A DNA stretch of 64,000 bases from the human T2T-CHM13v2.0 reference genome, Homo sapiens. Of this stretch, positions 52,631-64,000 are shown one piece after another. How positions within the stretch are numbered: position 1 is the stretch's first letter; the number at the start of each line of letters is the position of its first letter. A program made the translations under genes and the position numbers. The notes under the pieces are model-generated. The model saw only the letters and a program-made list of their open reading frames with translations. It ran no database searches and was not told the DNA's origin. The stretch lies in the NCBI RefSeq assembly GCF_009914755.1, contig NC_060936.1. The stretch is one strand, 5' to 3'.

Positions 52631-55600
52631 AATCCCGTTTCCAACGAAGGCCTCAAAGAGGTCCAAATATCTGCTTGCAGACTTTACAGACAGAGTGTTT
52701 CCAAACTGCTCCATCAAAAGAAAGGTGAAACTCCTTGAGTTGAACACACACATCACAAAGTAGTTTCTGTGAATGATTCTGTCTAGTTTTTATACGAAGA
52801 TGTTTCCTTTTCTACCTTTGGTCTCAAAGCGATTGAAATCTCCACATGGAAACTCCACAAAAAGAGTGTTTCAAATCTGCTCTTTCTGAAGGAAGGTTCA
52901 ACTCTGTGAGTTGAATACGCACACCACAAATAAGTTACTGAGAATTCTTCTGTGCAACATTATATGAGGAAATCCCGTTTCCAACGAAGGCCTCAAAGAG
53001 GTCCAAATATCCACTTGCAGACTTTACAAAGACAGTGTCTCCAAACTCCTCCATCAAAAGAAAGGTTATACTCTGTGAATTGAACGCACACATCACAAAG
53101 TAGTTTCTGAGAATGATTCTGTCTAGTTTTTATACGAAGATATTTCCTTTTCTACATTTGGCCTAAAAGCGCTTGAAATCTCCACCTGCAAATATCACAA
53201 AAAGAGGGTTTCACATCTGCTCTGTCTAAAGGACAGTTCACCTCTGTGAGTTGAATAGAGGCAACACAAAGAACTTACTCAGTATTCTTCTTTCTAGCGT
53301 TCTATGAAGAAATCCCGTTTCCAACGAAGGCCTCAAAGAGGTCAAATATCTGCTTGCAGACTTTACAGACAGAGTGTTTCCAAACTACTCTATGAAAAGA
53401 AAGCTTAAACTCCTTGAGTTGAACGCACACATCACAAAGTAGTTTCTGAGAATGATTCTGTCTAGTTTTTATACGAAGATGTTTCCTTTTCTACATTTGG
53501 TCTCAAAGCGATTGAAATCTCCAACTGGAAACTGCACAAATAGGGTGTTTCAAATCTGCTCTGTCTAAAGGAAGGTTCAACTCTGTGAGTTGAATACACA
53601 CACCACAAATAAGTTACTGAGAATTCTTCTGTCGAACATTACTTGAAGAAATCCCGTTTCCAACGAAGGCCTCAAAGAGGTCCAAATATCCACTTGCAGA
53701 CATTACAAACAGAGTGTTTCCAAACTGCTCCATCAAAAGAAAGGTTAAACTCTGTGAGCTGAACACACACATCAAAAAGAAGTTTCTGTGAATGATTCTG
53801 TCTAGATTTTATAAGAAGATGTTTCCTTTTCTACCGTAGGCCTCAAAGCGCTTGAAATCTCCAGCTGCAAATTCCACAAAAAGGGTGTTTAACATCTGCT
53901 CTTCTAAAGGAAAGTTCAACTCTATGAGTTGAATACACACAGCACAAAGAAGTTACTGAGACTTCTCCTATCAAACATTATATGAAGAAATCCCTTTTTC
54001 AACGAAGGCCTCAAAGAGGTCCAAATATCTGCTTGCAGACTTTACAGACAGAGTGTTTCCAAACTGCTCCATCAAAAGAAAGGTTAAACTCCTTGAGTTG
54101 AACACACACATCACAAAGTAGTTTCTGTGAATGATTCTGTCTAGTTTTTATACGAAGATGTTTCCTTTTCTACCTTTGGTCTCAAAGCGATTGAAATCTC
54201 CACATGGAAACTCCACCAAAAGAGTGTTTCAAATCTGCTCTTTCTGAAGGAAGGTTCAACTCTGTGAGTTGAATACAGACACCACGAATAAGTTACTGAG
54301 AATTCTTCTGTGTAACATTATATGAGGAAATCCCGTTTCCAACGAAGGCCTCAAAGAGGTCCAAATATCTACTTGCAGACTTTACAAAGACAGTGTCTCC
54401 AAACTCCTCCATCAAAAGAAAGGTTATACTCTGTGAATTGAACGCACACATCACAAAGTAGTTTCTGAGAATGATTCTGTCTAGTTTTTATACGAAGATA
54501 TTTCCTTTTCTACATTTGGCCTAAAAGCGCTTGAAATCTCCACCTGCAAATATCACAAAAAGAGGGTTTCACATCTGCTCTGTCTAAAGGACAGTTCACC
54601 TCTGTGAGTTGAATAGAGGCAACACAAAGAACTTACTCAGTATTCTTCTTTCTAGCGTTCTATGAAGAAATCCCGTTTCCAACGAAGGCCTCAAAGAGGT
54701 CAAATATCTGCTTGCAGACTTTACAGACAGAGTGTTTCCAAACTACTCTATGAAAAGAAAGCTTAAACTCCTTGAGTTGAACGCACACATCACAAAGTAG
54801 TTTCTGAGAATGATTCTGTCTAGTTTTTATACGAAGATGTTTCCTTTTCTACATTTGGTCTCAAAGCGATTGAAATCTCCAACTGGAAACTGCACAAATA
54901 GGCTGTTTCAAATCTGCTCTGTCTAAAGGAAGGTTCAGCTCTGTGTGTTGAATACACACACCACAAATAAGTTACTGAGAATTCTTCTGTCGAACATTAC
55001 AGGAAGAAATCCCGTTTCCAACGAAGGCCTCAAAGAGGTCCAAATATCCACTTGCGGACGTTACAAACAGTGTGTTTCCCAACTGCTCCATCAAAAGAAA
55101 GGTTAAACTCTGTGAGCTGAACACACACATCAAAAAGAAGTTTCTGTGAATGATTCTGTCTAGATTTTATAAGAAGATGTTCCTTTTCTACCGTAGGCCT
55201 CAAAGCGCTTGAAATCTCCAGCTGCAAATTCCACAAAAAGAGTGTTTAACATCTGCTCTTCTAAAGGAAAGTTCAACTCTATGAGTTGAATACACACAGC
55301 ACAAAGAAGTTACTGAGACTTCTCCTATCAAACATTATATGAAGAAATCCCGTTTCCAACGAAGGCCTCAAAGAGGTCCAAATGTCTGCTTGCAGACTTT
55401 ACAGACAGAGTGTTTCCAAACTGCTCCATCAAAAGAAAGGTTAAACTCCTTGAGTTGGACACACACATCACAAAGTAGTTTCTGTGAATGATTCTGTCTA
55501 GTTTTTATACGAAGATGTTTCCTTTTCTACCTTTGGTCTCAAAGCGATTGAAATCTCCACATGGAAACTCCACAAAAAGAGTGTTTCAAATCTGCTCTTT

Positions 55601-58600
55601 CTGAAGGAAGGTTCAACTCTGTGAGTTGAATACACACACCACAAATAAGTTACTGAGAATTCTTCTGTGTAACATTATATGAGGAAATCCCGTTTCCAAC
55701 GAAGGCCTCAAAGAGGTCCAAATATCCACTTGCAGACTTTACAAAGACAGTGTCTCCAAACTCCTCCATCAAAAGAAAGGTTATACTCTGTGAATTGAAC
55801 GCACACATCACAAAGTAGTTTCTGAGAATGATTCTGTCTAGTTTTTATACGAAGATATTTCCTTTTCTACATTTGGCCTAAAAGCGCTTGAAATCTCCAC
55901 CTGCAAATATCACAAAAAGAGGGTTTCACATCTGCTCTGTCTAAAGGACAGTTCACCTCTGTGAGTTGAATAGAGGCAACACAAAGAACTTACTCAGTAT
56001 TCTTCTTTCTAGCGTTCTATGAAGAAATCCCGTTTCCAACGAAGGCCTCAAAGAGCTCAAATATCTGCTTGCAGACTTTACAGACAGAGTGTTTCCAAAC
56101 TACTCTATGAAAAGAAAGCTTAAACTCCTTGAGTTGAACGCACACATCACAAAGTAGTTTCTGAGAATGATTCTGTCTAGTTTTTATACGAAGATGTTTC
56201 CTTTTCTACATTTGGTCTCAAAGCTCTTGAAATCTCCAACTGGAAACTGCACAAATAGGCTGTTTCAAATCTGCTCTGTCTAAAGGAAGGTTCAACTCTG
56301 TGAGTTGAATACACACACCACAAATAAGTTACTGAGAATTCTTCTGTCGAACATTACTTGAAGAAATCCCGTTTCCAACGAAGGCCTCAAACAGGTCCAA
56401 ATATCCACTTGCAGACGTTACAAACAGAGTGTTTCCAAACTGCTCCATCAAAAGAAAGGTTAAACTCTGTGAGCTGAACACACACATCAAAAAGAAGTTT
56501 CTGTGAATGATTCTGTCTAGATTTTATAAGAAGATGTTTCCTTTTCTACCGTAGGCCTCAAAGCGCTTGAAATCTCCAGCTGCAAATTCCACAAAAAGGG
56601 TGTTTAACATCTGCTCTTCTAAAGGAAAGTTCAACTCTATGAGTTGAATACACACAGCACAAAGAAGTTACTGAGACTTCTCCTATCAAACATTATATGA
56701 AGAAATCCCGTTTCCAACGAAGGCCTCAAAGAGGTCCAAATATCTGCTTGCAGACTTTACAGACAGAGTGTTTCCAAACTGCTCCATCAAAAGAAAGGTT
56801 AAACTCCTTGAGTTGAACACACACATCACAAAGTAGTTTCTGTGAATGATTCTGTCTAGTTTTTATACGAAGATGTTTCCTTTTCTACCTTTGGTCTCAA
56901 AGCGATTGAAATCTCCACATGGAAACTCCACAAAAAGAGTGTTTCAAATCTGCTCTTTCTGAAGGAAGGTTCAACTCTGTGAGTTGAATACACACACCAC
57001 AAATAAGTTACTGAGAATTCTTCTGTGTAACATTATATGAGGAAATCCCGTTTCCAACGAAGGCCTCAAAGAGGTCCAAATATCCACTTGCAGACTTTAC
57101 AAAGACAGTGTCTCCAAACTCCTCCATCAAAAGAAAGGTTATACTCTGTGAATTGAACGCACACATCACAAAGTAGTTTCTGAGAATGATTCTGTCTAGT
57201 TTTTATACGAAGATATTTCCTTTTCTACATTTGGCCTAAAAGCGCTTGAAATCTCCACCTGCAAATATCACAAAAAGAGGGTTTCACATCTGCTCTGTCT
57301 AAAGGACAGTTCACCTCTGTGAGTTGAATAGAGGCAACACAAAGAACTTACTCAGTATTCTTCTTTCTAGCGTTCTATGAAGAAATCCCGTTTCCAACGA
57401 AGGCCTCAAAGAGCTCAAATATCTGCTTGCAGACTTTACAGACAGAGTGTTTCCAAACTACTCTATGAAAAGAAAGCTTAAACTCCTTGAGTTGAACGCA
57501 CACATCACAAAGTAGTTTCTGAGAATGATTCTGTCTAGTTTTTATACGAAGATGTTTCCTTTTCTACATTTGGTCTCAAAGCTCTTGAAATCTCCAACTG
57601 GAAACTGCACAAATAGGGTGTTTCAAATCTGCTCTGTCTAAAGGAAGGTTCAACTCTGTGAGTTGAATACACACACCACAAATAAGTTACTGAGAATTCT
57701 TCTGTCGAACATTACTTGAAGAAATCCCGTTTCCAACGAAGGCCTCAAACAGGTCCAAATATCCACTTGCAGACGTTACAAACAGAGTGTTTCCAAACTG
57801 CTCCATCAAAAGAAAGGTTAAACTCTGTGAGCTGAACACACACATCAAAAAGAAGTTTCTGTGAATGATTCTGTCTAGATTTTATAAGAAGATGTTTCCT
57901 TTTCTACCGTAGGCCTCAAAGCGCTTGAAATCTCCAGCTGCAAATTCCACAAAAAGGGTGTTTAACATCTGCTCTTCTAAAGGAAAGTTCAACTCTATGA
58001 GTTGAATACACACAGCACAAAGAAGTTACTGAGACTTCTCCTATCAAACATTATATGAAGAAATCCCGTTTCCAACGAAGGCCTCAAAGAGGTCCAAATA
58101 TCTGCTTGCAGACTTTACAGACAGAGTGTTTCCAAACTGCTCCATCAAAAGAAAGGTTAAACTCCTTGAGTTGAACACACACATCCCAAAGTAGTTTCTG
58201 TGAATGATTCTGTCTAGTTTTTATACGAAGATGTTTCCTTTTCTACCTTTGGTCTCAAAACGATTGAAATCTCCACATGGAAACTCCACAAAAAGAGTGT
58301 TTCAAATCTGCTCTTTCTGAAGGAAGGTTCAACTCTGTGAGTTGAATACACACACCACAAATAAGTTACTGAGAATTCTTCTGTGTAACATTATATGAGG
58401 AAATCCCGTTTCCAACGAAGGCCTCAAAGAGGTCCAAATATCCACTTGCAGACTTTACAAAGACAGTGTCTCCAAACTCCTCCATCAAAAGAAAGGTTAT
58501 ACTCTGTGAATTGAACGCACACATCACAAAGTAGTTTCTGAGAATGATTCTGTCTAGTTTTTATACGAAGATATTTCCTTTTCTACATTTGGCCTAAAAG

Positions 58601-58900
58601 CGCTTGAAATCTCCACCTGCAAATATCACAAAAAGAGGGTTTCACATCTGCTCTGTCTAAAGGACAGTTCACCTCTGTGAGTTGAATAGAGGCAACACAA
58701 AGAACTTACTCAGTATTCTTCTTTCTAGCGTTCTATGAAGAAATCCCGTTTCCAACGAAGGCCTCAAAGAGGTCAAATATCTGCTTGCAGACTTTACAGA
58801 CAGAGTGTTTCCAAACTACTCTATGAAAAGAAAGCTTAAACTCCTTGAGTTGAACGCACACATCACAAAGTAGTTTCTGAGAATGATTCTGTCTAGTTTT
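48900..58900. repeat. Third copy of the marked HOR block; matches ~13600-23600 at offset 35317
   Basis: ORF offset 55030-19713 = 35317. The same offset holds for D 13922/49239, C 14941/50258, A-D' 15620/50937 and D with catcccaaag/caaaacgatt 22749/58066. Confidence 0.9.
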
Positions 58901-61900
58901 TATACGAAGATGTTTCCTTTTCTACATTTGGTCTCAAAGCTCTTGAAATCTCCAACTGGAAACTGCACAAATAGGCTGTTTCAAATCTGCTCTGTCTAAA
59001 GGAAGGTTCAACTCTGTGAGTTGAATACACACACCACAAATAAGTTACTGAGAATTCTTCTGTCGAACATTACTTGAAGAAATCCCGTTTCCAACGAAGG
59101 CCTCAAAGAGGTCCAAATATCCACTTGCAGACGTTACAAACAGAGTGTTTCCAAACTGCTCCATCAAAAGAAAGGTTAAACTCTGTGAGCTGAACACACA
59201 CATCAAAAAGAAGTTTCTGTGAATGATTCTGTCTAGATTTTATAAGAAGATGTTTCCTTTTCTACCGTAGGCCTCAAAGCGCTTGAAATCTCCAGCTGCA
59301 AATTCCACAAAAAGGGTGTTTAACATCTGCTCTTCTAAAGGAAAGTTCAACTCTATGAGTTGAATACACACAGCACAAAGAAGTTACTGAGACTTCTCCT
59401 ATCAAACATTATATGAAGAAATCCCATTTCCAACGAAGGCCTCAAAGAGGTCCAAATATCTGCTTGCAGACTTTACAGACAGAGTGTTTCCAAACTGCTC
59501 CATCAAAAGAAAGGTTAAACTCCTTGAGTTGAACACACACATCACAAAGTAGTTTCTGTGAATGATTCTGTCTAGTTTTTATACGAAGATGTTTCCTTTT
59601 CTACCTTTGGTCTCAAAGCGATTGAAATCTCCACATGGAAACTCCACAAAAAGAGTGTTTCAAATCTGCTCTTTCTGAAGGAAGGTTCAACTCTGTGAGT
59701 TGAATACACACACCACAAATAAGTTACTGAGAATTCTTCTGTGTAACATTATATGAGGAAATCCCGTTTCCAACGAAGGCCTCAAAGAGGTCCAAATATC
59801 CACTTGCAGACTTTACAAAGACAGTGTCTCCAAACTCCTCCATCAAAAGAAAGGTTATACTCTGTGAATTGAATGCACACATCACAAAGTAGTTTCTGAG
59901 AATGATTCTGTCTAGTTTTTATACGAAGATATTTCCTTTTCTACATTTGGCCTAAAAGCGCTTGAAATCTCCACCTGCAAATATCACAAAAAGAGGGTTT
60001 CACATCTGCTCTGTCTAAAGGACAGTTCACCTCTGTGAGTTGAATAGAGGCAACACAAAGAACTTACTCAGTATTCTTCTTTCTAGCATTCTATGAAGAA
60101 ATCCCGTTTCCAACGAAGGCCCCAAAGAGGTCCAAATATCTGCTTGCAGACTTTACAGACAGAGTTTTTCCAAACTGCTCCATCAAAAGAAAGGTTAAAC
60201 TCCTTGAGTTGAACACACACATCACAAAGTAGTTTCTGTGAATGATTCTGTCTAGTTTTTATAAGAAGATGTTTCCTTTTCTACCTTTGGTCTCAAAGCG
60301 ATTGAAATCTCCACATGGAAACTCCTCAAAAAGAGTGTTTCAAATCTGCTCTTTCTGAAGGAAGGTTCAACTCTGTGAGTTGAATACACACACCACAAAT
60401 AAGTTACTGAGAATTCTTCTGTGTAACATTATATGAGGAAATCCCGTTTCCAACGAAGGCCTCAAAGAGGTCCAAATATCCACTTGCGGACATTACAAAC
60501 AGTGTGTTTCCCAACTGCTCCATCAAAAGAAAGGTTAAACTCTGTGAGCTGAACACACACATCAAAAAGAAGTTTCTGTGAATGATTCTGTCTAGATTTT
60601 ATAAGAAGATGTTTCCTTTTCTACCGTAGGCCTCAAAGCGCTTGAAATCTCCAGCTGCAAATTCCACAAAAAGGGTGTTTAACATCTGCTCTTCTAAAGG
60701 AAAGTTCAACTCTATGAGTTGAATACACACAGCACAAAGAAGTTACTGAGACTTCTCCTATCAAACATTATATGAAGAAATCCCGTTTCCAACGAAGGCC
60801 TCAAAGAGGTCCAAATGTCTGCTTGCAGACTTTACAGACAGAGTGTTTCCAAACTGCTCCATCAAAAGAAAGGTTAAACTCCTTGAGTTGAACACACACA
60901 TCACAAAGTAGTTTCTGTGAATGATTCTGTCTAGTTTTTATACGAAGATGTTTCCTTTTCTACCTTTGGTCTCAAAGCGATTGAAATCTCCACATGGAAA
61001 CTCCACAAAAAGAGTGTTTCAAATCTGCTCTTTCTGAAGGAAGGTTCAACTCTGTGAGTTGAATACACACACCACAAATAAGTTACTGAGAATTCTTCTG
61101 TGTAACATTATATGAGGAAATCCCGTTTCCAACGACGGCCTCAAAGAGGTCCAAATATCCACTTGCAGACTTTACAAAGACAGTGTCTCCAAACTCCTCC
61201 ATCAAAAGAAAGGTTATACTCTGTGAATTGAACGCACACATCACAAAGTAGTTTCTGAGAATGATTCTGTCTAGTTTTTATACGAAGATATTTCCTTTTC
61301 TACATTTGGCCTAAAAGCGCTTGAAATCTCCACCTGCAAATATCACAAAAAGAGGGTTTCACATCTGCTCTGTCTAAAGGACAGTTCACCTCTGTGAGTT
61401 GAATAGAGGCAACACAAAGAACTTACTCAGTATTCTTCTTTCTAGCGTTCTATGAAGAAATCCCGTTTCCAACGAAGGCCTCAAAGAGGTCAAATATCTG
61501 CTTGCAGACTTTACAGACAGAGTGTTTCCAAACTACTCTATGAAAAGAAAGCTTAAACTCCTTGAGTTGAACGCACACATCACAAAGTAGTTTCTGAGAA
61601 TGATTCTGTCTAGTTTTTATACGAAGATGTTTCCTTTTCTACATTTGGTCTCAAAGCTCTTGAAATCTCCAACTGGAAACTGCACAAATAGGCTGTTTCA
61701 AATCTGCTCTGTCTAAAGGAAGGTTCAACTCTGTGAGTTGAATACACACACCACAAATAAGTTACTGAGAATTCTTCTGTCGAACATTACTTGAAGAAAT
61801 CCCGTTTCCAACGAAGGCCTCAAAGAGGTCCAAATATCCACTTGCAGACGTTACAAACAGAGTGTTTCCAAACTGCTCCATCAAAAGAAAGGTTAAACTC

Positions 61901-64000
61901 TGTGAGCTGAACACACACATCAAAAAGAAGTTTCTGTGAATGATTCTGTCTAGATTTTATAAGAAGATGTTTCCTTTTCTACCGTAGGCCTCAAAGCGCT
62001 TGAAATCTCCAGCTGCAAATTCCACAAAAAGGGTGTTTAACATCTGCTCTTCTAAAGGAAAGTTCAACTCTATGAGTTGAATACACACAGCACAAAGAAG
62101 TTACTGAGACTTCTCCTATCAAACATTATATGAAGAAATCCCGTTTCCAACGAAGGCCTCAAAGAGGTCCAAATGTCTGCTTGCAGACTTTACAGACAGA
62201 GTGTTTCCAAACTGCTCCATCAAAAGAAAGGTTAAACTCCTTGAGTTGAACACACACATCACAAAGTAGTTTCTGTGAATGATTCTGTCTAGTTTTTATA
62301 CGAAGATGTTTCCTTTTCTACCTTTGGTCTCAAAGCGATTGAAATCTCCACATGGAAACTCCACAAAAAGAGTGTTTCAAATCTGCTCTTTCTGAAGGAA
62401 GGTTCAACTCTGTGAGTTGAATACACACACCACAAATAAGTTACTGAGAATTCTTCTGTGTAACATTATATGAGGAAATCCCGTTTCCAACGAAGGCCTC
62501 AAAGAGGTCCAAATATCCACTTGCAGACTTTACAAAGACAGTGTCTCCAAACTCCTCCATCAAAAGAAAGGTTATACTCTGTGAATTGAACGCACACATC
62601 ACAAAGTAGTTTCTGAGAATGATTCTGTCTAGTTTTTATACGAAGATATTTCCTTTTCTACATTTGGCCTAAAAGCGCTTGAAATCTCCACCTGCAAATA
62701 TCACAAAAAGAGGGTTTCACATCTGCTCTGTCTAAAGGACAGTTCACCTCTGTGAGTTGAATAGAGGCAACACAAAGAACTTACTCAGTATTCTTCTTTC
62801 TAGCATTCTATGAAGAAATCCCGTTTCCAACGAAGGCCTCAAAGAGGTCAAATATCTGCTTGCAGACTTTACAGACAGAGTGTTTCCAAACTACTCTATG
62901 AAAAGAAAGCTTAAACTCCTTGAGTTGAACGCACACATCACAAAGTAGTTTCTGAGAATGATTCTGTCTAGTTTTTATACGAAGATGTTTCCTTTTCTAC
63001 ATTTGGTCTCAAAGCTCTTGAAATCTCCAACTGGAAACTGCACAAATAGGCTGTTTCAAATCTGCTCTGTCTAAAGGAAGGTTCAACTCTGTGAGTTGAA
63101 TACACACACCACAAATAAGTTACTGAGAATTCTTCTGTCGAACATTACTTGAAGAAATCCCGTTTCCAACGAAGGCCTCAAAGAGGTCCAAATATCCACT
63201 TGCAGACGTTACAAACAGAGTGTTTCCAAACTGCTCCATCAAAAGAAAGGTTAAACTCTGTGAGCTGAACACACACATCAAAAAGAAGTTTCTGTGAATG
63301 ATTCTGTCTAGATTTTATAAGAAGATGTTTCCTTTTCTACCGTAGGCCTCAAAGCGCTTGAAATCTCCAGCTGCAAATTCCACAAAAAGGGTGTTTAACA
63401 TCTGCTCTTCTAAAGGAAAGTTCAACTCTATGAGTTGAATACACACAGCACAAAGAAGTTACTGAGACTTCTCCTATCAAACATTATATGAAGAAATCCC
63501 GTTTCCAACGAAGGCCTCAAAGAGGTCCAAATATCTGCTTGCAGACTTTACAGACAGAGTGTTTCCAAACTGCTCCATCAAAAGAAAGGTTAAACTCCTT
63601 GAGTTGAACACACACATCACAAAGTAGTTTCTGTGAATGATTCTGTCTAGTTTTTATACGAAGATGTTTCCTTTTCTACCTTTGGTCTCAAAGCGATTGA
63701 AATCTCCACATGGAAACTCCACAAAAAGAGTGTTTCAAATCTGCTCTTTCTGAAGGAAGGTTCAACTCTGTGAGTTGAATACACACACCACAAATAAGTT
63801 ACTGAGAATTCTTCTGTGTAACATTATATGAGGAAATCCCGTTTCCAACGAAGGCCTCAAAGAGGTCCAAATATCCACTTGCAGACTTTACAAAGACAGT
63901 GTCTCCAAACTCCTCCATCAAAAGAAAGGTTATACTCTGTGAATTGAACGCATACATCACAAAGTAGTTTCTGAGAATGATTCTGTCTAGTTTTTATACG

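Larger units (their letters stand above)
1..64000 (-). repeat. Centromeric alpha satellite higher-order-repeat array (dimeric SF1 type, 8-mer HOR of 1358 bp)
   Basis: Alphoid motifs (tcccgtttccaacgaag, ctctgtgagttgaa, catcacaaagtagtttctgagaatg) recur with ~170-bp monomer and 339-340-bp dimer periodicity from the first base to the last, giving ~189 dimer starts. Four distinguishable dimers recur as A-B-C-D, e.g. starts at 6112, 6452, 6791, 7130 and the next A at 7470 (period 1358). Orientation is constant and no foreign sequence is visible. Confidence 0.99.
1..64000 (-). other. D12Z3: Probable identity: human chromosome 12 active centromeric array D12Z3 (S1C12H1L)
   Basis: Seen: dimeric 8-mer of ~1.36 kb with one HindIII site (aagctt, e.g. 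1107-1112, dimer B) and one PvuII site (cagctg, e.g. 1568-1573, dimer C) per canonical HOR. Recalled knowledge: SF1 8-mer HORs occur on chr10 (D10Z1) and chr12 (D12Z3), and the chr12 unit was defined as a HindIII/PvuII ~1.35-kb repeat. Not verified by alignment. Confidence 0.75.

Noticed and set aside
1-64000. CRISPR-like pattern of a conserved motif every ~340 bp
   Set aside because: The intervening sequences are themselves repeats of four dimer types, not unique spacers. The motif is the CENP-B box region and there are no cas genes.
1-64000. Transposon (L1/Alu) insertion or strand inversion in the array
   Set aside because: Dimer spacing stays at 338-340 bp and all CENP-B boxes face the same way. 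No poly-A tail, target-site duplication or foreign sequence was seen.
1-64000. Assignment to chromosome 10 D10Z1, also an SF1 8-mer
   Set aside because: As I recall, D10Z1 units were defined by RsaI and include a 6-mer. I saw no gtac sites and no 6-mer units here, while the HindIII/PvuII periodicity fits D12Z3. Disfavoured but not excluded without alignment.
1-64000. A previously undescribed biological system
   Set aside because: Everything visible is explained by a known satellite class and its known turnover by in-register duplication, deletion and conversion. Any novelty is limited to the specific haplotype structure.

Overview
The whole 64 kb window is one uninterrupted, single-orientation array of primate (almost certainly human) centromeric alpha satellite. 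About 170-bp monomers form ~340-bp dimers, each with one CENP-B box on the - strand; this is the dimeric SF1 (J1/J2) organisation. Four dimer types, which I label A (340 bp), B (339), C (339) and D (340), form a canonical 1358-bp 8-mer higher-order repeat (HOR). The best match is the chromosome 12 active array D12Z3, at moderate confidence. I see no genes, RNA genes, transposon insertions or inversions; the three 68-aa ORFs are artefacts of a shared 1-bp deletion. I find no new biological system. The informative signal is the array's recombination history, read from rare variants: 4-mer and B-less 8-mer HOR variants, chimeric dimers, tandem duplications of 1358, 4754, 6114 and 14261 bp, a third copy of the large block 35317 bp further on, an inferred 3396-bp deletion, and 13 disrupted CENP-B boxes. 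All variant calls were made by eye and need confirming by alignment.
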